DNA of 64,000 bases from Collinsella sp. (lineage in GTDB: Bacteria > Actinomycetota > Coriobacteriia > Coriobacteriales > Coriobacteriaceae), in the NCBI GenBank assembly GCA_018370025.1, contig JAGZBF010000005.1, forward strand, positions 22,198-86,197, written 5' to 3'. Position numbers and translations under genes: made by a program. Below are positions 1 to 8,623 of the stretch, in pieces. How positions within the stretch are numbered: the stretch's first letter is position 1; the number at the start of each line of letters is the position of its first letter. Under the pieces are notes generated by a model. The model saw only the letters and a program-made list of their open reading frames with translations. It ran no database searches and was not told the DNA's origin.

Positions 1-1
1 G

Positions 2-1507
2 ACCTTCAACAAGGTTATGCACTTCTCGCCGGCCGAGGTGGGCAAGTTTAGCCAGGCCTCGCTCATCACCCGCTGCACCAACGACATTCAGCAGATCCAG
101 ATGGCCGCAACCCTGTTTATCCGCATGTGCCTGATGGCCCCCGTCATGGGCATCGTCGCCGTCATGCGCGTCCTGGCCAACCACACCGGCCTGGAGTGGA
201 CCATCGCCGTGGCCATCATCGCGGTTTCGGCCGTTGTCGGCGTGCTCATGGGCCTCACCATGCCCAAGTTCAAAAAGATGCAGAGCTTTGTGGACCGCGT
301 GAACCTTACCGCCCGCGAGCTGCTCGACGGCCTTATGCCCATCCGCTCGTTCAACCGTGAGGAGCATGAGCTCGAGCGTTTTGACAAGGCTTCGCTCGAC
401 CTGATGACCACGCAGCTCTACACCAACCGCGCCATGAGCTTCATGATGCCGCTCATGATGCTCGTCATGAACTGCATCACCGTGCTTATCGTCTGGTTTG
501 GCGCGCAGGGCGTGTCCGACGGCGTGATGCAGGTCGGCAACATGATGGCGTTCATCTCCTACACTATGCAGATCGTCATGGCGTTTATGATCCTCACCAT
601 GGTTTCGGTCATCCTGCCCCGTGCCGAGGTCGCAGCCGAGCGCGTAGATGAGGTCATCACCTGCCCCACGAGCATCAACGACCCTGCCTCGCCCAAACTG
701 CCCGCTGCCAGCGCGCCGCGCGGCGAGCTCACCTTCCGTGACGTGAGCTTCCAGTATCCCGATGCCCGCGCCGACGTCATTAGCGGCGTAAACTTCACCA
801 CGCACGCCGGCCAGATGCTCGGCATCATTGGTTCCACGGGCTCGGGCAAGTCCACGCTCGTGCAGCTGATTCCGCGCCTGTACGACGTCACGGGCGGCAG
901 CATTTCGCTCGACGGCATCGACGTGCGCGACATGACCCTTTCCGAGCTGCGCCGCCGCATCGGTTATATTCCGCAGCAGGGTCGTCTGTTCTCGGGTACC
1001 GTCGAGAGCAACCTCAAGTTTGCCGGCGACATGGTGAGTGACGAGGATATGCGCCAGGCAGCACGCGTCGCCCAGGCGGAAGACTTTATCGCCGAGCGCG
1101 AGGGCGGCTACGACTCCCCCATCAGCCAGGGCGGCTCCAATGTCTCGGGCGGTCAGCGCCAACGCCTGGCCATCGCCCGCGCATTGGCCAAAAAGCCCGA
1201 GGTCGTGGTGTTCGATGACTCGTTTAGCGCCCTCGACTACAAGACCGACGCGCGCCTGCGCGAGGAGCTGGCAAAAAACGTTACCGACGCCGCACTCGTG
1301 GTCGTAGCCCAGCGCATCGCGACCATCATGCACGCCGACCAGATCATCGTGCTCGACGACGGCCACGTAGTGGGCACCGGCACGCACGAGGAGCTGCTGC
1401 GCAGCTGCCCGGCGTACCTGGAGATCGCACAGTCGCAGCTTTCCGCCGAGGAGCTGGGGCTTACCCAAAAAGAAATTGCAGCCGTCATGGAAGGAGGCGA
1501 GCGCTAA
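2..1507 (+). CDS. ABC exporter, fused permease/ATPase, degenerate-site subunit of a heterodimer (5' end lies outside the window)
   Basis: Frame is open from the window edge. TM helices, Walker A GSTGSGKS, signature VSGGQRQR, non-canonical Walker B VVFDD and switch VAQR. Confidence 0.9.
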   Translation, partial: TFNKVMHFSPAEVGKFSQASLITRCTNDIQQIQMAATLFIRMCLMAPVMGIVAVMRVLANHTGLEWTIAVAIIAVSAVVGVLMGLTMPKFKKMQSFVDRVNLTARELLDGLMPIRSFNREEHELERFDKASLDLMTTQLYTNRAMSFMMPLMMLVMNCITVLIVWFGAQGVSDGVMQVGNMMAFISYTMQIVMAFMILTMVSVILPRAEVAAERVDEVITCPTSINDPASPKLPAASAPRGELTFRDVSFQYPDARADVISGVNFTTHAGQMLGIIGSTGSGKSTLVQLIPRLYDVTGGSISLDGIDVRDMTLSELRRRIGYIPQQGRLFSGTVESNLKFAGDMVSDEDMRQAARVAQAEDFIAEREGGYDSPISQGGSNVSGGQRQRLAIARALAKKPEVVVFDDSFSALDYKTDARLREELAKNVTDAALVVVAQRIATIMHADQIIVLDDGHVVGTGTHEELLRSCPAYLEIAQSQLSAEELGLTQKEIAAVMEGGER

Positions 1508-3363
1508 TGGCAGACGAGACCAAGACTCAGATTCCCAAGCCCACCCGCCAGCGTGGTCCCATGGGCCGCATGGGTGGCATGCGCCGCGGCGAAAAGGCCA
1601 AGGACTTTAAGGGCACCATGAGGCAGCTGCTCGGCTATATCGGCCAGCACAAGATTGCCGTGTTTGCCGCCGTCGCCTTTGCCGTGTGCTCGGTCATCTT
1701 TAACATTGTGGGACCCAAGGTGCTCGGCCAGGTTACGACCAAGCTGTTCGAAGGCCTGGTCGCAAAGGTCAACGGTACCGGCGACGTTGACTTTGACTGG
1801 ATCGCCAAGACGCTCGGCTTTTTGCTCTGCCTGTATCTGGCGAGCTCTGTCTGCAGCCTCATCCAGGGCTGGCTCATGACCGGCGTCACGCAAAAGATCT
1901 GCTACCGCATGCGCAAGGAAATCGCCGCCAAGATTGCCGTCGTGCCGATGAGTTACTTCAACGGCCACAGCAAGGGAGACGTACTCAGCCGCATCACCAA
2001 CGACGTCGATACGCTGGGTCAGTCGCTCAACCAGAGCGTGACGCAGCTCATCACGTCGGTGACGCAGATTATCGGCGTGCTCGTCATGATGCTTTCGATC
2101 AGCCTGCCGCTTACCGGCGTCACCGTGCTCACGCTGCCGGCCGCCGCGATTATCTTGACCGTAATGATTCACTTCTCGCAGCCGTACTTCCGCGAGCAAC
2201 AGCAGGTTCTGGGCGCCGTCAACGGCATTATCGAGGAGGACTTTGCCGGCCAGAACGTCATTCAGGTGTTCGACCGCGCCGAGGCCTCGATTGAAGAGTT
2301 CGACCGTCAAAACGACCGCCTCTTTATTAGTGGCTGGCGCTCGCAGTTCCTGTCGGGCCTGATGATGCCGCTTATGAGCTTGGTGGGCAACATGGGCTAC
2401 GTGGGCGTCGTCGTGGTGGGCGCGCAGCTCGCGCTGACCGGCAATGCCACGCCCGGCGACATCCAGAGCTTTATCCAGTACGTTCGCAACTTTACGCAAC
2501 CCGTGCAGCAGCTAGGCAACGTGAGCAACACGATGCAGTCGATGGCTGCCGCCACCGAGCGCGTCTTTGAGTTCCTGGCCGCGCCCGAGGAGGAGCAGAA
2601 GGCCGACGCGCAGATTCCCGAGAAGCGCCCCGGCCACGTGGTGTTTGACCATGTCAAGTTTGGCTACACGCCCGACAAGATCATCATCCACGACTTTAGC
2701 TGCGAGGCGCAGCCCGGCCAGACCATCGCCATCGTCGGCCCCACCGGCGCCGGCAAGACCACGCTCATTAAGCTGCTGCAGCGCTTCTACGACGTGGACG
2801 GCGGCTCGCTGCGTGTCGAGGGCGTCGATGTGCGCGACTGGGACCGCGCGGCACTGCGCGGCGAGTTTGCCATGGTGCTGCAGGACACCTGGCTGTTTAA
2901 CGGCACCATCCGCGAGAACATCCGCTACGGACGCCCCGACGCGAGCGATGCCGAGGTCGAGGCCGCTGCGCGCGCCGCACGCTGCGACCACTTTATTCAT
3001 ACGCTCGCCGGTGGCTACGACTTTATGATCAACGAGGAGGGCACCAACCTGTCGCAGGGTCAGCGCCAGCTCGTGACCATCGCCCGTGCCATTTTGGCCG
3101 ACCGCCCGGCACTGATTCTGGACGAGGCGACTTCCAACGTCGATACCCGTACCGAGGAGCTTATTCAGCGCGCCATGGATGCGCTGATGCAGGGCCGCAC
3201 CAGCTTTGTCATCGCGCACCGCCTGTCCACGATCCGCAACGCCGACGTGATCTTGGTGATTCGCGACGGCGACATCGTCGAGAAGGGCACGCACGACGAG
3301 CTGCTCGCCCAGGGCGGCTTCTACGCCGACCTGTACAACTCGCAGTTCGACGAAGCGGCGTAA
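1507..3363 (+). CDS. ABC exporter, fused permease/ATPase, consensus-site subunit
   Basis: TAATG overlap with the upstream gene. GPTGAGKT, LSQGQRQ, ILDEATS, IAHR. Confidence 0.92.
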   Translation: MADETKTQIPKPTRQRGPMGRMGGMRRGEKAKDFKGTMRQLLGYIGQHKIAVFAAVAFAVCSVIFNIVGPKVLGQVTTKLFEGLVAKVNGTGDVDFDWIAKTLGFLLCLYLASSVCSLIQGWLMTGVTQKICYRMRKEIAAKIAVVPMSYFNGHSKGDVLSRITNDVDTLGQSLNQSVTQLITSVTQIIGVLVMMLSISLPLTGVTVLTLPAAAIILTVMIHFSQPYFREQQQVLGAVNGIIEEDFAGQNVIQVFDRAEASIEEFDRQNDRLFISGWRSQFLSGLMMPLMSLVGNMGYVGVVVVGAQLALTGNATPGDIQSFIQYVRNFTQPVQQLGNVSNTMQSMAAATERVFEFLAAPEEEQKADAQIPEKRPGHVVFDHVKFGYTPDKIIIHDFSCEAQPGQTIAIVGPTGAGKTTLIKLLQRFYDVDGGSLRVEGVDVRDWDRAALRGEFAMVLQDTWLFNGTIRENIRYGRPDASDAEVEAAARAARCDHFIHTLAGGYDFMINEEGTNLSQGQRQLVTIARAILADRPALILDEATSNVDTRTEELIQRAMDALMQGRTSFVIAHRLSTIRNADVILVIRDGDIVEKGTHDELLAQGGFYADLYNSQFDEAA

Positions 3364-3392
3364 AAACCGGCGGCAAACAACCGCAATGCCAA

Positions 3393-3430
3393 GAAAACGG
3401 GGGCGCAGGACAACCTGCACCCCCGTTTTG
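3393..3430 (+). terminator. Probable intrinsic terminator
   Basis: AAAACGGGGGCGCAGG...CCTGCACCCCCGTTTT hairpin after the ABC genes. Confidence 0.6.
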
Positions 3431-3490
3431 TGTCCTTCGAGCCTCGAAACGCCTTCCCTGAGACCTCACTGACGGCGCTTTCCAGACCCC

Positions 3491-3721
3491 GTGGGCAAAA
3501 AAGGGCAAATATGAGTACTGTTACCTTTTTAGTAACAGCCAAAACCGCCTCAAATGCCGCTCCCACGGCTTACACGCGTCCCTAAATTGATCAAACAACA
3601 CCATAGCGGACTTATATGTGTTTGCGTTAATGAACATATTTTGCTGTTATGTCTATTATTTTGCGAAGGCAATATGATACTAAGATAGCAACCGTACTCA
3701 TATTTGGCATTTTTTGCCCAC
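3491..3721. repeat. About 230-bp AT-rich element bounded by a 28-bp imperfect inverted repeat (MITE-like)
   Basis: GTGGGCAAAAAAGGGCAAATATGAGTAC (3491-3518) versus GTACTCATATTTGGCATTTTTTGCCCAC (3694-3721), 2 mismatches. Confidence 0.6.
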
Positions 3722-3944
3722 AGGGTATTTCCTAGGGAACCGACAACAGCCTTAGGGTCCCGCGCGGCGCCGCTCCCTCCCGGCATCCGCCGACGTTTGC
3801 CCAGATAAAACCGACCAAAATAAACCTGTCCCTTTTTGGTCGGTTTCGGGGTGACAAGGGCTTGCACTTTAGCGTGCGACAGCGGATAATGCCGAACACT
3901 CGACAATACGCTTATTGCTCTTTCTATAGATTGAGGAGGCCCCT

Positions 3945-4976
3945 ATGGCCATGGAATTCAAACGCAGGCTGCCGATCCCCATGGAGATCCGCGAGGAAAT
4001 GCCGCTTTCTGCCGAGCTTACCGCCAAAAAGCAGGCATTTGACGCCGAGGTCGCCAAAGTCTTTACCGGCGAGGACGCACGCAAGGTGCTCATCATCGGC
4101 CCGTGCTCTGCCGACCGCGAGGATTCGGTGCTTGAGTACATGAACCGACTGGCCAAGACCGCCGAGGAGGTCAAGGACAAGCTCATCATCATTCCGCGCG
4201 TCTACACCAATAAGCCGCGCACCAAGGGCACCGGCTACAAGGGTCTTCTGCACAACCCCAACCCCGAGGCTCCCGACGACCTGCTCGAGGGCGTCAAGGC
4301 CATCCGCCACATGCACCTGCGCGTCATCGAGGAGACCGGCTTCTTTACCGCCGATGAGATGCTCTACCCGTCCAACTACCAATACCTCGTTGACCTGCTG
4401 AGCTATGTTGCCGTGGGCGCACGCTCGGTCGAGAACCAAGAGCATCGCCTGGTGTCGAGCGGCATTTCGGTACCCGTCGGCATGAAGAATCCCACTGCCG
4501 GCTCTACCACCGTTATGCTCAACTCCATTTACGCCGCCCAGGCGCACCAGAGCTTCATCTTCCGCAACTGGGAGGTCGAGTGCGACGGCAATCCGCTCGC
4601 ACACGCCGTTATGCGTGGCTACATCGGTCTCGATGGGCGCACCTACCCCAACTACCACTACGAACACCTGGAACGCTTGGCCGAACGCTATACCGAGCAT
4701 GCCGGCTATGCCAATCCGGCAGCGGTCATCGACTGCAACCATGACAACTCGGGCAAGCGTCCGCTGGAGCAGTATCGCATTTGCAAGGAGGTGCTCGACA
4801 GCTGCCGCCGCAACGAATCCATCTCCAAGCTGGTCAAGGGCTTTATGATCGAGTCCTACCTGGAGGACGGCAACCAGCCGGTCGACGGCGGCGTCTTTGG
4901 CAAGTCGATCACCGACCCGTGCCTGGGCTGGGAAAAGACCGACTACCTCATCCACGAGATCGCGGAACGTATTTAG
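3945..4976 (+). CDS. 3-deoxy-7-phosphoheptulonate (DAHP) synthase, class I (AroF/G/H family)
   Basis: IIGPCS, KPRT, VGARS, GMKN, IDCNHDNS and GKSITDPCLGW motifs; GAGGAGG RBS. Confidence 0.92.
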   Translation: MAMEFKRRLPIPMEIREEMPLSAELTAKKQAFDAEVAKVFTGEDARKVLIIGPCSADREDSVLEYMNRLAKTAEEVKDKLIIIPRVYTNKPRTKGTGYKGLLHNPNPEAPDDLLEGVKAIRHMHLRVIEETGFFTADEMLYPSNYQYLVDLLSYVAVGARSVENQEHRLVSSGISVPVGMKNPTAGSTTVMLNSIYAAQAHQSFIFRNWEVECDGNPLAHAVMRGYIGLDGRTYPNYHYEHLERLAERYTEHAGYANPAAVIDCNHDNSGKRPLEQYRICKEVLDSCRRNESISKLVKGFMIESYLEDGNQPVDGGVFGKSITDPCLGWEKTDYLIHEIAERI

Positions 4977-5123
4977 CTACGCGGTTTTACCAAACCGCGT
5001 AACGGCTCGACGCTGCAAACCCGCCAGAACGGCAATCTGCCTTTCAACTTCGGCGGCATGATCAAAAGATCAATGCCGCCTCGTTTCAAGGCACCTTGCT
5101 CGCTCTGGCGGGTTTTCGCTGAC
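4976..5123 (+). repeat. Structured ~150-bp intergenic repeat, family A, copy 1
   Basis: Begins TACGCGGTTTTACCAAACCGCGTAACGGCTCGACGCTGCAAAC; matches 8441-8587 and the reverse complement of 21187-21331. Confidence 0.85.
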
Positions 5124-5202
5124 GTTTTTCGACCTGCATTGTTGCCAGGGTTGGCACCAATGACTAATGCGATAGCTAGCTACGTCGGTCCGATTGATCG
5201 GC

Positions 5203-5305
5203 TGGGTTTCCGAGGTGCGGCAGATTCCCGCGAAAGAGGAGGGCATAGACCTTAAGGGTCATGCCCGACGATTGAAGGGCAAGGTGCCGTGCCTCGGGAA
5301 GACAG
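5203..5305 (-). repeat. Partial, divergent member of repeat family A
   Basis: Shares the core GAAAGAGGAGGGCAT..GACC..GGTCATGCCCGACGATTGAA with the 21187-21331 copy, with different but self-complementary flanks. Confidence 0.65.
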
Positions 5306-5309
5306 ACAG

Positions 5310-6515
5310 TTACGCCGAGGGCTCCTGCTGCGTAATGCAGTGGATATTTCCGCCACCGAAGACGACCTGCTCGGACTGAACGCCGACGCACTTGTAGACG
5401 CCCTCGCCCCAGACCTCGTCGTAGATCTTCTGGAGCGTGTCAACGGCAAGCTGATCGTTCTCGTCGCCGTACTGCGGGACGATAACGCCGTGGTTGGTGA
5501 CCAGGTAGTTCATGTAGGAGGCGATCAGCGGCTCGTTGGCAACGCGCGGCTCGGCGTTCTCGTCGGCGTCGATGGTGTCGCAGGAAGCCTGGTCCATGAA
5601 CAGCGGGTTCACAGGCATGCAGAGCTTGTAGACCTTCATCTTGCGGCCCTTGGCGTCAACGGCGTTGGAAAGGGTCTCGTAGACAGCATGGCATTGCTCG
5701 TAGAACGGATACTCGGGATCGTCGGTCCAGATGCAGGCCATGACGCCCGGAGCGATGAACGTAGCGACATCATCGATGTGGCCGTTGGTCTCCTCGGGGT
5801 CGATGCCCTCCTTAACCCAGATGACCTTCTCGACACCCAGGTAATCCTTGAGGTGCTCGTCCATATAGGCGCGAAGTTCCTCACTCCAGGGCTCAAACTT
5901 CTTGTGGAACTTGGGCCAGATGGACTCGGGATCCTCTTCCTCCTCCAGAACCGCAGAGCAGGTGCGGCCCGGGGAAAGCAGGCACTGGTCGGTCACGACC
6001 ACGGTGCCTTCGCCGTCGACGGTAATGGAGCCGCCCTCGAGGATCATGTCATCGGGACGATAGCGACGGCAGCCGGAAAGCTCAGCCATCTTAAGGGCAA
6101 TCTGCTCGTCCTTGTCCCACGGGAAATAGAGGCCGTCGACGAGGCCGCCGTAGGCGTTGAAGTGCCAGTGGTTGGCGCGCTTATCGCCCTTGCCATTGAT
6201 AACAAAAGTGGCAGCGGTGTCGCGGAACCAAGCGTCGTCGGTGGTCATCTCGATAACGGTGACGTTCTCGTCTTCCTCAAAGGCGGCCTTGCAGTTGGCG
6301 TAGTCGGCCTGGTTTGCGCACATGGTGACCGGGGTGAACTCGGCGATGGCGCGAGCGATGGCGGCATACTGCTTCTGAGCCGGCTTGGCGCCGTGGGCCC
6401 AGGTGTCGGTGCGGTGGGGCCAACCCATCCACACGCGATCCTGCGGAGCGAACTCAGCGGGCATAAAGAAGCCGTCGGCCTTAGGGGTGGACTCGGACTC
6501 GGTGATCGTACGCAT
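5310..6515 (-). CDS. aguA: Agmatine deiminase
   Basis: MPAEF, DDAWFRD, LEGGSI, TNGHIDD and GGGNIHCITQQ motifs. Start moved to the ATG at 6515 behind a GGAGGA RBS. Confidence 0.93.
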   Translation of the reverse strand: MRTITESESTPKADGFFMPAEFAPQDRVWMGWPHRTDTWAHGAKPAQKQYAAIARAIAEFTPVTMCANQADYANCKAAFEEDENVTVIEMTTDDAWFRDTAATFVINGKGDKRANHWHFNAYGGLVDGLYFPWDKDEQIALKMAELSGCRRYRPDDMILEGGSITVDGEGTVVVTDQCLLSPGRTCSAVLEEEEDPESIWPKFHKKFEPWSEELRAYMDEHLKDYLGVEKVIWVKEGIDPEETNGHIDDVATFIAPGVMACIWTDDPEYPFYEQCHAVYETLSNAVDAKGRKMKVYKLCMPVNPLFMDQASCDTIDADENAEPRVANEPLIASYMNYLVTNHGVIVPQYGDENDQLAVDTLQKIYDEVWGEGVYKCVGVQSEQVVFGGGNIHCITQQEPSA

Positions 6516-6883
6516 AAGATTTCCTCCAAATCGAACGATCGCTTGCTGCGGGCGGGTTACCCTCAGCCTAAAACCAAGAGATGGTAGGCGCCCATTCCCC
6601 GGCAAAGGTCGGGGCGCCTGGCACCGGTTTTCACGGATGTCGCACCGGCAAGCGACGACGTAACCCGGTGCGCGGAGACAAAACGCACGAAGGATACGGA
6701 AGAGAGATTGGGGCGGGCGGTGGTTACCGGAGCAATAGCTCACACCCACCTCAGAGAAAGGTTAGCAAACCTGTTGCTTGGGCACGCCTCCGAAGAGGCT
6801 AGAGCGTCCCGAGTCGGGAGCGACAAGCCCGACGAAGCGTACGTTGGTACGCGAGGAAGGTTGGAGCCCCGAATCCGGGTGCT

Positions 6884-8314
6884 CTAGTCCTCCTCGGACT
6901 CCTCAGCGAGGCGCTGAGCAGCCAGCTCGGGAGTGAGACCCTTGTACTCGGTCTCGCGGCCCTTAGCACTGACGACGCGGACAACCTCGCCAATAAGCAA
7001 GAGCACGATGAAGATGACGATCATCGGGACCTTATCGCCAATCTCATCGACAGAGAACGGAATCAGCGTTGCAACGATAGCCAGAATCAGCTCAATGCAG
7101 GGAATAGCCAGCATGACCTTCATCATGGCGCCCTTAAACGGGAACGTAAAGATACGCTCACGGTTGGGGTCGTTCTTACGAAGGTTGAGGAATGCCGGGA
7201 ACATCGGGATGTAGGTCAGCAGCAGGAAGACAACGGAGGTACCGAAGAGCATCCAGAAGACACCGTTGGAGATGGCGTCGATGGGAACCAGCTGCAGGCA
7301 CAGCACCAGGGAGGCAACGATGGCGTTGACCAGGTTGGCGCCGTTGGGCATGTCGTCATCCGAGATCATCGAGGCGAAGACCTTGGGCATGTTGCCATGC
7401 TCGGCAGCATAGCGAGCGACGGAGTTGACGCCGAAGGACCAGGCAGCCATGTTGGCGAACAGCGTGATCAGGAAGGCGATGCAGATGACCTTAAAGATCA
7501 TGGAATCGCCCACAATAGTCTGGACAGCGTAGATCATGCCGTAGTCGGGATCGATGGAATCGGCCGACACAGCAGCGCCGATGCCAAAGCCAGCGAACAA
7601 GTAGATCACGGCGATGGACAGGCCGCCGACGATGATAGCCTTGGGGATATCGCGAGCGGGATCGGCCATATCGTCGGTCATGGTGCAGATGACCTCGAAG
7701 CCCATGAAGTTAAAGATGATGATCGACAGGTAGCCAAGCGCGTTGGTGTTGGTGAGCTCGGGCAAGAAGGTGGCAGCGGACATATCGTTCGCAAAGCCGT
7801 TCTCCATGGCGTACCAGATGCCCAAAGCGCCGACGATAACGGCAACGGCAACCTTGATGATGGCGCCGCCGTTCAGGACCCACTCGGAGTCGGCAGCCTT
7901 GGAGCGACCCATAAGATAGACGATCCACACAAAGGCAAGGTCGATACCAATCTTGGCAATCAGATTGAACTCGACGCCAAAGACCATGCCCAAAATGTCC
8001 GGGAACATAGTGGCCAGCGAGGCAATCCACAGCGGGTAGTTAACCCAGTAGTAGTACGAAATGCGGGCGCCCCACTTGTCGCCCAGGCCATCGCGTACCC
8101 AGTCGTAAATGCCACCCTCACCGTCATAGGTAGTGCCGAGCTCGGCAACGACCATGCCATAAGGGAGCAGGAAGGTCAGAATCAGGAAGATCCACCAGAA
8201 GAACTGCTGGTTGCCAATGGCAGCAGCAGGTGCGGCGGCCTCGCAAACGAAGACGACGCAGATGATGGTCGAGATGACCGTCAAGAAGGAAAGCTTTTTC
8301 TTTCCGTCGCTCAT
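6884..8314 (-). CDS. APC-family permease, probable agmatine/putrescine antiporter (AguD-like)
   Basis: About 12 TM segments, AELG...EGGIYDWV and FNFMGFE motifs; adjacent to aguA. Confidence 0.8.
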   Translation of the reverse strand: MSDGKKKLSFLTVISTIICVVFVCEAAAPAAAIGNQQFFWWIFLILTFLLPYGMVVAELGTTYDGEGGIYDWVRDGLGDKWGARISYYYWVNYPLWIASLATMFPDILGMVFGVEFNLIAKIGIDLAFVWIVYLMGRSKAADSEWVLNGGAIIKVAVAVIVGALGIWYAMENGFANDMSAATFLPELTNTNALGYLSIIIFNFMGFEVICTMTDDMADPARDIPKAIIVGGLSIAVIYLFAGFGIGAAVSADSIDPDYGMIYAVQTIVGDSMIFKVICIAFLITLFANMAAWSFGVNSVARYAAEHGNMPKVFASMISDDDMPNGANLVNAIVASLVLCLQLVPIDAISNGVFWMLFGTSVVFLLLTYIPMFPAFLNLRKNDPNRERIFTFPFKGAMMKVMLAIPCIELILAIVATLIPFSVDEIGDKVPMIVIFIVLLLIGEVVRVVSAKGRETEYKGLTPELAAQRLAEESEED

Positions 8315-8440
8315 GATGAGCTCCTTCGCTCAGTCTTGGACAAATCGAGGTCCTTAAGATATTAAGGCAATTGCCGGGCCTCGGTGAGCGGGCGACAGGA
8401 GACGAGCATCCGCCGCCCGCAAGCGTGCTTCTACGATGAA

Positions 8441-8587
8441 GTTACGCGGTTTTACCAAACCGCGTAACGGCTCGACGCTGCAAACGCCCCTAAGCGGCAA
8501 TCTGACGTTCAATCGTCGGTCGCGTACCGAAGTACGCTTCCCTCCTCTTTCACGTCACCTTGCTCGCTTAGGGGCGTTTTCGCTGAC
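8441..8587 (+). repeat. Structured ~150-bp intergenic repeat, family A, copy 2
   Basis: Same 5' hairpin and 3' end (CACCTTGCTCGC..GTTTTCGCTGAC) as copy 1. Confidence 0.85.
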
Positions 8588-8623
8588 CTATGGTCAACCT
8601 ACGATAATTCCAAGCTGAACGAG

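Noticed and set aside
5289..6587. Long antisense ORFs, including 5289-6587, 7397-8365, 34830-36200, 57225-58460 and 58465-59622
   Set aside because: They are shadows of well-supported genes caused by high-GC codon bias and carry no recognisable motifs.
6516..6749. N-terminal extensions in the ORF track for aguA, the aldolase, fprA, the methyltransferase, galM and others
   Set aside because: Downstream ATGs have better RBS signals and match where family similarity begins.
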